Source of the DNA: an uncultured Polyangiales bacterium
GTDB taxonomy: Bacteria; Myxococcota_A; Polyangia; Polyangiales; CAZAQV01
Assembly: GCA_964487255.1 (NCBI GenBank)
Contig: CAZAQV010000002.1
Span: 211,561 to 275,560, forward strand
Direction of reading: 5' to 3'
DNA length: 64,000 nucleotides
A program made the translations under genes and the position numbers. This document shows positions 8,329-17,233 of this stretch, in pieces. The notes under the pieces were generated by a model that saw nothing but the letters and a program-made list of their open reading frames with translations, was not told the DNA's origin and did not search any database. How positions within the stretch are numbered: position 1 is the stretch's first letter; every line of letters begins with the position of its first letter.

Positions 8329-8793
8329 CTAGCGTTCAGCTAAGCACTCCGAGCAAAAGCAGTAGTCGAAGTTCCCACCTTGCTTGCAGACCATCGGTGA
8401 CCTGCATTGTTCGTCGCTTGAACATGGAACGCGGCACTGGCCTGTCACGTAACCGGCGCCACTGCAGCTCGACCCGACAGGGCAGTCGGCGTCCGTATCG
8501 CAGTTGGAGACAAGATACCCACCGGGATATCCACCGTTGTTCAGGCAGTACGCAATCCCCGGAGGAAGCTCATGTCGTTCCAGTGTGCCTTCCGGCGGTT
8601 CGTAGCCACAGGGCGCATCGCACCCGGCAGCGTCAGGCTGTGACCAAGGATAAGAAGGTTCATATCCATCGGAGGGCTCGCACGCATCACCGATAGCGAG
8701 CGAGGTATTCGTGAGCGGGGTGCGTTCTTCTGACTCACAACCGAACGTCGCGAAGAGCGCAAGAACAACCACGCTGTGAACGGTCAAACGCAC
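8329..8793 (-). CDS. Secreted Cys-rich lipoprotein
   Basis: The in-frame GTG at 8793 gives VRLTVHSVVVLALFATFGCESEE (lipobox). The mature part contains 16 Cys residues (…NCDTDADCPVGSSCSG…CRVPCSSDEQCRSPMVC…). Confidence 0.6.
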   Translation of the reverse strand: MRLTVHSVVVLALFATFGCESEERTPLTNTSLAIGDACEPSDGYEPSYPWSQPDAAGCDAPCGYEPPEGTLERHELPPGIAYCLNNGGYPGGYLVSNCDTDADCPVGSSCSGAGYVTGQCRVPCSSDEQCRSPMVCKQGGNFDYCFCSECLAER

Positions 8794-8896
8794 AGCACCA
8801 GTGTAGCAAGCGAGGTCGAGCACGCTCGTAGCGCTACGCAGATCTCGCTGCGCCGTGCTCGCTTGATACGTGGTCGAACGCACGCGAATCTGCGCG

Positions 8897-8954
8897 TGTA
8901 CAGACGTCTGTACATTGTCCAGACGACTGGACGTGCGTGTACAGACGACTGGAC
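8897..8954. promoter_or_regulatory. Perfect 18-bp palindrome plus related repeats in divergent intergenic region
   Basis: TGTACAGACGTCTGTACA (8897-8914) is its own reverse complement. It is followed by GTCCAGACGACTGGAC (8917-8932, inverted repeat) and GTGTACAGACGACTGGAC (8937-8954), a hybrid of both half-sites. Confidence 0.35.
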
Positions 8955-9008
8955 TCGCCCCACGCAGCTCTCCTACAAGCCGCGGCGCGGTGCTTGACCT
9001 TCTGACGC

Positions 9009-10436
9009 TTGGGATTTACGAACCCGATCGATGGGGGGCACGTGGCTTTAGAACCGGAAGAAATCGAACCTTTACTTCAGCACTTTCCGGACTCACTCAT
9101 CCTGCTCAATGATCGCGCGGAGTTGCTTTGGGTCAACCATGCCGACCCCAGCGCGAACCTCGACGAGGTGCTCGGAACCAGGCTCGATGCTTTGGTCGCC
9201 GATGAATACAAGGAGACCGTCCTCTCCTGCGTGCGACATACGCTCGAAACGGGTCAGCCCAGCTATTACGAGGCCTACCCCCTCGGCGAATACGACCGCA
9301 CGAAGGTATACGGCTCTCGCGTGGTGCCCGCTCCTCCAGCCGCCGACGGCTCATCTCGCGCCCTGGTCATCTGCAGCGACGTCACCGAGCGCCACAAGGC
9401 TGAAGCGAGCCTGGCGAAGAGTGAAGCTCTGCTTCGTTCGCTGCTAGAGTCATCGCCCAACTGGATACTCTCGGTGGATAGCGACCTTCGTATCACCTAC
9501 CTCAACCATCCTCCCCCCGTTGAGTACGGCCTAAGCATTGACGATGTCATCGGCATGCCAGTCGCGAACTACATCAGCCCAAAGTATCGTGAGAACGCGC
9601 TGAGGTGCATCAACGATGCTTTTCGGCTCAAGCAGCCCTTTCGCTATCAATCCCGCAGCAAACTTTTGGATCGTCGATATCAGGTCGATGTCGTTCCAGC
9701 CGACCCGAACGTACTTCTTGTCACGTGTGACGTCACCGAACAGCTTCAGATGATCGAAGAGCGTGATGCGGTGCTGGCTGAGCTGGACAAGCAAACCAAG
9801 AAGATCCAAAGACAGCTTCACGAAAAAGAGACGCTGCTTCGCGAGATCCATCACCGCGTCAAAAACAACCTTCAGGTGGTCTCGAGCCTGCTTTTTTTGC
9901 AGCAGAACACCGCGTCCGACCCGGCGGCTGTGAGCGCCCTCGAAGACAGCCGTGCACGCATCCGGGCCTTTTCCTTGGTTCACGAAAAGCTCTACGCATC
10001 CGAAAACATCGTCAATATCGATATCGGAGAGTACGCCATGGAGCTGGCTTCGGCGTGCCTGGCCACGCACGCGATGGATCAGCGCGTGGCCTTGAACGCG
10101 CAAGGAAAGTCCTTTTCGCTCGAGCTTGACGAAGCGATCCCAGCGGGACTCATCATCAACGAGCTACTCACCAATGCCATGAAGCATGCCTTCCCGGGGC
10201 AGCGCTCGGGGTCGATCACGGTTCGAACCGATGTGACCCCAACCTATCGATCGATTGCGATCTGCGACAACGGCGTGGGAAAACAGAAGCTAGAAACGAC
10301 CTCGCCAACTCTGGGCGAGAAGCTGATTCAGGGCCTAGCGCGGCAACTGCGCGCTGACGTACTCGAAGATACGAGCGGGGGCACGTCGGTTGAGCTCAGG
10401 CTGCCTATCGAACCCGATCAGGACGCGGTTTCATGA
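9009..10436 (+). CDS. PAS-PAS sensor histidine kinase (HisKA_2/HWE-type)
   Basis: Two PAS-like segments precede the H-box EIHHRVKNNLQVVSSLL and the ATPase motifs (LIINELLTNAMKHAF, DNGVG, GLARQL). The start codon is TTG, so the N-terminus is uncertain. Confidence 0.85.
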   Translation: MGFTNPIDGGHVALEPEEIEPLLQHFPDSLILLNDRAELLWVNHADPSANLDEVLGTRLDALVADEYKETVLSCVRHTLETGQPSYYEAYPLGEYDRTKVYGSRVVPAPPAADGSSRALVICSDVTERHKAEASLAKSEALLRSLLESSPNWILSVDSDLRITYLNHPPPVEYGLSIDDVIGMPVANYISPKYRENALRCINDAFRLKQPFRYQSRSKLLDRRYQVDVVPADPNVLLVTCDVTEQLQMIEERDAVLAELDKQTKKIQRQLHEKETLLREIHHRVKNNLQVVSSLLFLQQNTASDPAAVSALEDSRARIRAFSLVHEKLYASENIVNIDIGEYAMELASACLATHAMDQRVALNAQGKSFSLELDEAIPAGLIINELLTNAMKHAFPGQRSGSITVRTDVTPTYRSIAICDNGVGKQKLETTSPTLGEKLIQGLARQLRADVLEDTSGGTSVELRLPIEPDQDAVS

Positions 10437-10834
10437 TGCGCTAGCGCCTTGCGCACCGCGCACAGCAGCGAACGCGTGTCAAAGGGTTTGCCGAGTACGC
10501 TTTCGCCGGCGATCTCCGGATACATCAACTTCACATCGGCGTAAGCCGTCAGAAAAACAACCCTGACAGGAAACACTGCCCGACAGCGCGTAGCCAGCTC
10601 AATACCATCCACTTGGGAACGTAGGTTAACATCCATCAAGATCAGCGATGGCCGCAGGCGCACGATCTCTTCAAACGCAGCCTCTGGATCAGCGCACGAG
10701 CCACAAACGTCGATCCCGGCATCTCGCAGACGCTCTTCGAGCTCAAGCGCAATAATGGCTTCGTCCTCCACGACGTAGACTGTCTGCCCTGCTTCGATGT
10801 CTCTTTCGTACCGCTCATCATTTGAGTTCGTCAA
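10418..10834 (-). CDS. Single-domain response regulator (receiver)
   Basis: Receiver motifs are VYVVEDEAIIALEL, LILMDVNL and VVFLTAY. The likely TTG start at 10834 follows GGAG. Its 3' end overlaps the convergent kinase gene by 19 nt. Confidence 0.7.
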   Translation of the reverse strand: MTNSNDERYERDIEAGQTVYVVEDEAIIALELEERLRDAGIDVCGSCADPEAAFEEIVRLRPSLILMDVNLRSQVDGIELATRCRAVFPVRVVFLTAYADVKLMYPEIAGESVLGKPFDTRSLLCAVRKALAHHETAS

Positions 10835-11107
10835 TCCGCTCCACAACTTAAGCCGATGCTTTCGCGGTGAAAAAAATGCGCGCACCAGCTTTTTCGGCGA
10901 CTCACCTCGAGTTGCGCATCACTAGATAATTTCGACATGCGTCGAATCTTTGCCGCCAAAGCGGCGACGAACCGGAACGCCAAACGCTCCCGCGAAGCTA
11001 CGAATTGAGCTCGATGTTCCAACTGCGGCCACTTTCTCTCATGAGTTCGCAACGCAACGACCAGCGCACACATCTTGCAGAACATAAGGCCAACCCCAGG
11101 AGGTTTC

Positions 11108-11482
11108 ATGATCAGTCCCCGTATCGCCGAACCGTTTTTGTACGCCATCCTTCTCGCGCTCGCTCTTGCCTGCACGCAGAGCACGTCGCCCAGCTCAAGC
11201 GGCCTCGGACTGAGCGACGACGATGACGCCCCGGATGTGTCTGAGTTTGGCGACGAAGATGACGAGGCCGATGACGCCGACGAGGCCGATGGCGCCAATG
11301 ACGCCGACGAAGCCGATGACGCCGACGAGGCCGATGACGCCGATGACACCGACGAGACCGACGAGGCCGATGACACCGACGAGACCGACGAGGCCGATGA
11401 CACCGACGAGGCCGACGAGGCCGATGACGGCGAATGTGATGACGACGTAGACTGCGACGACGGCGATCAGCTCATCAACTAA
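11108..11482 (+). CDS. Acidic tandem-repeat lipoprotein
   Basis: AGGAGG lies 6 nt upstream of ATG 11108. The N-terminus is MISPRIAEPFLYAILLALALACTQS (lipobox). About 70 residues are D/E/A/T repeats (DTDETDEAD x3, from 27-nt DNA repeats). The protein ends GECDDDVDCDDGDQLIN. Confidence 0.65.
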   Translation: MISPRIAEPFLYAILLALALACTQSTSPSSSGLGLSDDDDAPDVSEFGDEDDEADDADEADGANDADEADDADEADDADDTDETDEADDTDETDEADDTDEADEADDGECDDDVDCDDGDQLIN

Positions 11483-11521
11483 CAGCGTATGAACTCGCGG
11501 CGAGACGCGTCGCGCCGCAGG

Positions 11522-12670
11522 CTATTTCCCTTCGAAGATGGAGCGGGCGATCAGCTCTTTCATGATTTCGGTGGTGCCTGCGTAGATCTGCTGAACACGG
11601 CAGTCTGCCCAAGCACGCGCGATGGGATATTCGGTCATGTAGCCGTAGCCCCCAAAAAGCTGCAAGCAGGTGTCGATGACGTTGAACTGGGCTTCACTCG
11701 CCCAGTATTTGGCCATCGCGGCTGTCGGCACATCCAGCTTCTTCTGCACATGAAGCTCGAGGCAGCGGTCGACAAATGTGCGCCCGACCTGCACCGTCGT
11801 CGCCACTTCCGCCAGCTTGAAGCGCGTGTTCTGAAAGTCCGCGATGCGCTTGCCAAACGCCTTTCGCTCAAGCACGTACTCGCGCGTCCAACCGAGCGCG
11901 CCTTCGGCTGCAGCAATGGCCGCAATCGCCACCGATAGACGCTCCTGCGCCAGCTCCTGCATCAGGTAGATAAACCCGCGGTTGAGTTCGCCGAGCAGCG
12001 CATCTTCGCCGACCTCGAGGTTTTCAAAGAACAACTCAGAGGTGTCCTGGGCCTTCATGCCGATCTTTTTGAGGTTCTTGCCTCGCGAAAAGCCGGGCTT
12101 GTCAGCCTCGACCAAAAAGAGCGACGTGCCTTTAGCTCCCTTGGAGGGCTCGGTCTTTGCGACCACGATCACCAAGTCCGCGAGCTGCCCATTGGTAATG
12201 AATGTCTTGCTTCCGTTGATCACATAGCCATCAGAAGTCCGCTCTGCGCTCGTGGCCACCCCTTGCAGGTCGCTACCGGCGCCTGGCTCCGACATCGCAA
12301 TCGCGGTAATCACCTCGCCGCTGACCATCTTGGGAATCCAGCGCTGTTTCTGCTCCTCGCTGCCGTGGTGCAGCAGGTACGGCAAGACGATGTCCGAGTG
12401 CAGCATAAAACCCGGTCCGGTCGCGCCCGCATAGAGTAGCTCTTCGTCGATCACCGCGTTGAACAAAAAGTCGCCGCCTGGACCGCCGTAGGCTTCGGGC
12501 GCGTCGGGACACAAAAAACCATGCTCCCCGGCCTTGGTCCACAGCTCACGCGGCACCACCTGCGCGCGCTCCCACTCCTCGTGAAAGGGCGTGATCTCTT
12601 CGGCCACAAAGCGTCGTGCAGACTGACGAAAGAGCTCATGCTCCTCTGAGAAAATCGTGCGTGGAACCAT
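11522..12670 (-). CDS. Acyl-CoA dehydrogenase
   Basis: The protein is 382 aa with full-length ACAD architecture. Diagnostic segments are ITAIAMSEPGAGSDL, GSKTFITNG and QLFGGYGYMTEYPIARAWADCRVQQIYAGTTEIMKE. Confidence 0.9.
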   Translation of the reverse strand: MVPRTIFSEEHELFRQSARRFVAEEITPFHEEWERAQVVPRELWTKAGEHGFLCPDAPEAYGGPGGDFLFNAVIDEELLYAGATGPGFMLHSDIVLPYLLHHGSEEQKQRWIPKMVSGEVITAIAMSEPGAGSDLQGVATSAERTSDGYVINGSKTFITNGQLADLVIVVAKTEPSKGAKGTSLFLVEADKPGFSRGKNLKKIGMKAQDTSELFFENLEVGEDALLGELNRGFIYLMQELAQERLSVAIAAIAAAEGALGWTREYVLERKAFGKRIADFQNTRFKLAEVATTVQVGRTFVDRCLELHVQKKLDVPTAAMAKYWASEAQFNVIDTCLQLFGGYGYMTEYPIARAWADCRVQQIYAGTTEIMKELIARSIFEGK

Positions 12671-12868
12671 CGCGGAAGGTTAGCAAGAGTCGCCGCCCTT
12701 CGATACCGCCCAAGACGCCGGCAGACCACGCCAGTCATGGCTCGAATCCGGAACCGCAGCCGCGCCGGAGTGTCAACACTGGCTTACAAAGCCAAGCCGC
12801 CGATTCGTCAATTCGCGGGAAAAGCACACGATTCGGGGTTGGAACGACGCTTGCTCTGTCTATCGCGC

Positions 12869-14587
12869 ATGAAGGTGTGCAAAGCGCAGGCGGTGGGGCT
12901 GCTCCTGGTGGTCAGCTGTCAGGGCTCGGTGGAAATGCCGGCCGGTCCCAATGACCCGAACAACCCCAATTACGATCCCAACAATCTCGTTCCGCAGACC
13001 CAGCCGCAAGAGCCGATTCCATGTGGCGACGGCATTGCACAAGCGGGCGCGGAGCGCATCTACAGGCTGACACCCAACGAGTATACGAACATTGTTCGCA
13101 CGCTCTTCAGCGACGACGCATTGGCGCCGCAACTCGATGTCGACCGCGAACTCATCGCGACCGGCTCGGCTGTCCGAAAATGGCAGTCCGCTGCACAAGC
13201 CGTCGTTCCAAACGGCAGCGACTGGACTCAGGCGTACGTTGCCTGTGACATCGATACGACGGCCTGCCAAAGCGAACTCTTCGAGGCCTTTGCCGAGCGT
13301 GCGTTTCGGCGACCGTTGCTGGAGGACGAGAAAGTCTGGCTAAGCGATCTGGCCGCCAGCATGCCCGTGGATGCGTCCAGCGACGAGGTCGTCAAAGCCG
13401 TCACCGAAGTGCTCCTTCAGACGCCGCAGTTTCTCTATGTATATGCCGAGGGAAGCGCCGTACCCGACTCGCCACACGCCTTGCGCGAACTCCGCGGCTA
13501 CGAACGCGCGCAGCGCTTGTCCCTGTTCTTGTGGGATAGCCTTCCCGATACCACGTTGCTCGAAGCCGCCCGAAGCGGCGCGCTCGACGCGCCCGATGGC
13601 ATGCGCACGCAGGCCGAGCGCATGCTCGTAGACGATCGCGCCAAGCCGGTACTGCGCGAGTTCTTGGTCGAGTGGCTCGAACTCAACGGCGCAACCATCT
13701 TGCCCACACTTGAGCAGACGCCCAAGTCGTCGGACATCTTCCCGGAAGTGAACGACGCACTTCGCTCAGCCATGCGCCGCGAGGTCGAGGCCTTGATGGA
13801 CTACGTGATGTTCGAAGCCGACGGCTCGCTCGAGACGCTTCTCACGTCCACACGAGCCTACGTCAACGGTCCACTCGCCAAGCTCTATGGCGTCGCAGGC
13901 GGTCCCACGACGGAGAGCGACTGGCGCTGGGTTGATTTGGACCCGAATGAGCGCGCTGGCATGCTGACGCGCGCGGGCTTTTTGACGGTGCACGCTGCAC
14001 AGACAGAAACGTCTCCGATTCGACGCGGCGTCTACATGCTGACCGAAGTGCTCTGTGTGAACCTGCCGTCACCGCCCGCAAACGTCGACAACACGCCGAT
14101 CGACGCTGCCGACCTCGACCCGGAAGAGGTGAGCACCGTGCGCAAGGCGACCGAACTTCGCACAGGGTCAGACGCTTGCACGGGCTGTCACACCCAGATC
14201 AACGAGCTCGGCTTTGCGTTTGAAAACTTCGATGCAATCGGCAAGTGGCAAGAGCAGGAGCGCGTGTCCGGTGCGCCTATCGATGCAAGCGCAAACCTTT
14301 CCTCGTCGGGAGAAGCCACCGACGGGCCTGTAGACGGCGCTCTCGAACTGAGCGCGCGCTTGGCTAAAAGCCCCGCTGTCGCTGCCTGCATGAGCGAGCG
14401 CTGGTTCGAAACGGCGCTCAAGCGAAGCCCGGTCGAGCTCGACGCTTGTACCGTGGAGACACTCAATCAGAACGCAGCGGCATCCGCCAACATGCGAGAC
14501 GCCATCTTGGACATCGTCACCAGCGATGCGTTCTTACACGTCAACCGAGGACCGACGGCGGGCGACCTACAAGCGGAGGGACAGTAA
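12869..14587 (+). CDS. DUF1592/DUF1588/DUF1585-family protein with CxxCH motif
   Basis: ATG 12869 gives MKVCKAQAVGLLLVVSC. Family-typical blocks are RLTPNEYTNIVRTLF, FAERAFRRPL, LLQTPQFLY, SPIRRGVYMLTEVLC and CTGCHTQINELGFAFENFD. Confidence 0.75.
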   Translation: MKVCKAQAVGLLLVVSCQGSVEMPAGPNDPNNPNYDPNNLVPQTQPQEPIPCGDGIAQAGAERIYRLTPNEYTNIVRTLFSDDALAPQLDVDRELIATGSAVRKWQSAAQAVVPNGSDWTQAYVACDIDTTACQSELFEAFAERAFRRPLLEDEKVWLSDLAASMPVDASSDEVVKAVTEVLLQTPQFLYVYAEGSAVPDSPHALRELRGYERAQRLSLFLWDSLPDTTLLEAARSGALDAPDGMRTQAERMLVDDRAKPVLREFLVEWLELNGATILPTLEQTPKSSDIFPEVNDALRSAMRREVEALMDYVMFEADGSLETLLTSTRAYVNGPLAKLYGVAGGPTTESDWRWVDLDPNERAGMLTRAGFLTVHAAQTETSPIRRGVYMLTEVLCVNLPSPPANVDNTPIDAADLDPEEVSTVRKATELRTGSDACTGCHTQINELGFAFENFDAIGKWQEQERVSGAPIDASANLSSSGEATDGPVDGALELSARLAKSPAVAACMSERWFETALKRSPVELDACTVETLNQNAAASANMRDAILDIVTSDAFLHVNRGPTAGDLQAEGQ

Positions 14588-14589
14588 GC

Positions 14590-16113
14590 ATGAGTCGCGA
14601 CAAACTAAAAAACAGCGGTCGACGTGCGTTCTTGCGCGGCGCAGGTGGCGTGGCGCTCGGCCTTCCCCTGCTCGAGTACACCCATGGCACCACGTGGGCT
14701 GCACCCGACGGTTTCGCCAAGCGCGTCGTGGTCGTACTCAACCATGGCGGCGAAGCGATGTGCGTGTTCAAGGACGGCCAACGCGGCGGCGAACAATGGG
14801 GCACGGTCATTCCGAACATTGACCACTGGCTGCCCAAATCGGGCTCACGCTTCGGCGAGGCGCACGAAGTGTTCGAGGGCACGCCCATCTACGACAAGAT
14901 GATCGTGGCGCGCGGCATCGACAACCGCGTGTGCACCCAAGGGCGCTACGGCGGCGACCATACGCTCTCAAACTGCAGCGTTCTGACGGCGCGCTCCACG
15001 AAGTGCGAAAGTGGCGGCAGTCCGGCCGATGGAAAGTGTCCGTCCGAGGAGAGCGACGAGCACGCAACAGGCCCCTCGATCGATTGGGTCTTGGCGCAGC
15101 GCCTCAACGCAAAATTTGGCGGCGCGAGTAAACCCTTCAACCTGAGTATTCCGGGACACTACTATGGCAGCGGGTTCTATTGGGGCGACGGCGGCGAACA
15201 GCGCACCGAAGGCGAGTACAATCCACGCGCGGCGTTCGACCGAATCTTTGCGGGTGTCACGAGTACTGAAACCGGCCCTACGCCTGAGGAGGTCCGTGCC
15301 AACGCGATCAAAGGCAGTCAGCTAAACGGCCTCATGGACGCCTATCGACGCTTCTCATCTCGTCTCGGTCAATACGATCAGCAGATCGTGGACGCGCACC
15401 TGGATCACCTTTCGGACCTCGAGCGAGAAATTCAACAAATTGAGGTCTCGGCGGGTTGCGTCGTGCCCAATGCACCCAAGAACTACAGCGACTACTGGGC
15501 CGCCAACGCTGAACCCGACGTCATCGGCCCTCTTCACGCGAAGCTGATCGTTGCGGCCATGCGCTGCGGTCTTACCCATGTGGCAGACCTCGAGATCACC
15601 GACTTCCTTACTCCTTGGGCACCCTCGGGGCTGCAGCTCGAGTCGGGTTACGATATCGGCCACTCACTGGGGCACTGGGTCTCGGACCTCAAAGGCGACC
15701 CGAGCATGATCGCCAGGTGGGAACTCGAGGTAAAAGAAAACCGTGCCTGGCGTATGGGCCTCGTCAAGATCATTGCCGAGGGTCTCGATGCCGTGCCCGA
15801 GGGCGATGGCACCATGCTCGACAACTCGGTCGTGTTCTACACCAACGAGTTTAGCTGTGGCGGTATCCACAGCTCGACCGACGGCCCATATATGTTCATC
15901 GGCGGCGCTGGCGGCTACTTCAATACCGGCCGCTATGTCGAACTCAACGAAAACCGCAAACGCGACCCGAACTCGCGCGAAAGTGGTGGCAACAGCTACT
16001 CCAACAACAATGTATTCGTCTCACTGCTCAACGCGATCGGCGAGACCGACACGAGCTTCGGCGAGTCCCAATACATGAAAGTCTCCGGCGGCATACCCGA
16101 ACTCAGGGCCTAG
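14590..16113 (+). CDS. DUF1552-family protein with Tat-type signal
   Basis: ATG 14590 gives MSRDKLKNSGRRAFLRGAGGVALGLPLLE (twin-arginine signal). It is the usual downstream partner of DUF1592-type genes. Confidence 0.75.
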   Translation: MSRDKLKNSGRRAFLRGAGGVALGLPLLEYTHGTTWAAPDGFAKRVVVVLNHGGEAMCVFKDGQRGGEQWGTVIPNIDHWLPKSGSRFGEAHEVFEGTPIYDKMIVARGIDNRVCTQGRYGGDHTLSNCSVLTARSTKCESGGSPADGKCPSEESDEHATGPSIDWVLAQRLNAKFGGASKPFNLSIPGHYYGSGFYWGDGGEQRTEGEYNPRAAFDRIFAGVTSTETGPTPEEVRANAIKGSQLNGLMDAYRRFSSRLGQYDQQIVDAHLDHLSDLEREIQQIEVSAGCVVPNAPKNYSDYWAANAEPDVIGPLHAKLIVAAMRCGLTHVADLEITDFLTPWAPSGLQLESGYDIGHSLGHWVSDLKGDPSMIARWELEVKENRAWRMGLVKIIAEGLDAVPEGDGTMLDNSVVFYTNEFSCGGIHSSTDGPYMFIGGAGGYFNTGRYVELNENRKRDPNSRESGGNSYSNNNVFVSLLNAIGETDTSFGESQYMKVSGGIPELRA

Positions 16114-16281
16114 ACGCGGCGCGCTTCGCGAGAAACAGCGGGGCTCGTGGGTCGCCCGCCCTTCTGTCGACCCAATATCGATTGGCTCAATACTGTGTTC
16201 TATCGAATCGATTGGATCGAAAGCGAATGGACCTCTAGGTTCTGACTATCGAGGCGCCGCGTGTGCCAGGAAGGTTTTTGA

Positions 16282-17007
16282 ATGGAGAACAAAGAAGGTA
16301 CCCGAGTCCCGAACGTGAAGTTTCGCAACCGTAAAGATGGCGACTGGCACGACGTCAGTAGCGAAGAGTTCTTCAGGGGCCGCAAAGTCGTGGTCTTCGC
16401 ACTGCCCGGCGCGTTTACCCCGACATGCTCGTCGACCCACCTGCCGCGTTACGAGGAGCTCACGCCCGTGTTTAAGGAGAATGGTATCGACGAGGTGGCC
16501 TGCCTGTCGGTCAACGACGGTTTCGTGATGGACGCCTGGGCCAAGAACCAGAGCATTGAGAACGTCACGGTCCTGGCGGACGGAAATGGTGCGTTTAGCG
16601 AGGGTTTGGGGTTCTTGGTCGACAAGTCGGAGCTCGGTTTCGGTAAACGTTCGTGGCGCTATTCGATGCTCGTCGACGATGGTGTGGTCAAAAAGATGTT
16701 CATCGAGCCGGACAAACCCGGCGACCCCTTTGAGGTCTCCGACGCGGACACTATGCTCAAGTACATCAATGAAAACGCGAAGCTTCCAGCTGAGGTGACG
16801 ATCTTCTCGAAACCGGGTTGCCCGTTTTGCCTCGAAGCCAAATCCATTCTCAGCGACAACGGCTACGTCTACGAAGAAATCCTCCTGGACAACGGCATCA
16901 GCTACAAGACGTTGCGCAACGTGACGGGCAAAGCCACGGCGCCGCAAATCTACATCGACGGCACGCACATCGGTGGCGTCAAGGAACTCAAGGCCTATCT
17001 CCGCTAG
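16282..17007 (+). CDS. Hybrid peroxiredoxin-glutaredoxin (Prx5-Grx)
   Basis: The N-terminal Prx5 motif is FALPGAFTPTCSSTHLP. The C-terminal glutaredoxin motif is FSKPGCPFCLEAK...TAPQIYIDGTHIGG. Confidence 0.9.
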   Translation: MENKEGTRVPNVKFRNRKDGDWHDVSSEEFFRGRKVVVFALPGAFTPTCSSTHLPRYEELTPVFKENGIDEVACLSVNDGFVMDAWAKNQSIENVTVLADGNGAFSEGLGFLVDKSELGFGKRSWRYSMLVDDGVVKKMFIEPDKPGDPFEVSDADTMLKYINENAKLPAEVTIFSKPGCPFCLEAKSILSDNGYVYEEILLDNGISYKTLRNVTGKATAPQIYIDGTHIGGVKELKAYLR

Positions 17008-17233
17008 CGCATCTTGATGAAGAACGGGCAACCGGCGTTCCCCGGCTTCGGTTCTGCTCGCACAGGAAAATTACAAAAACAGTCTGTGCGCTGTGGACTG
17101 CGGAGTGGAGGGAGGTTCGCTTGTTAGCCGCAACCACGCGCGATCGTCGATGTGCATTTTGCTACACTGTGTTGCAGACTTGCCAAGTCTCGCGATAACC
17201 TAAGAACACCACGTTAGAAAAGGGTGACGCAAC

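Noticed and set aside
10831-11403. 190-aa Ser/Ala-repeat ORF (SSASSVSS...)
   Set aside because: It is the mirror image of the acidic-repeat lipoprotein gene on the plus strand. That gene has a strong AGGAGG ribosome-binding site and a lipobox, while this ORF has neither.
16246-17031. 261-aa minus-strand ORF
   Set aside because: It is antisense to the unambiguous Prx-Grx gene and has no recognisable motifs.
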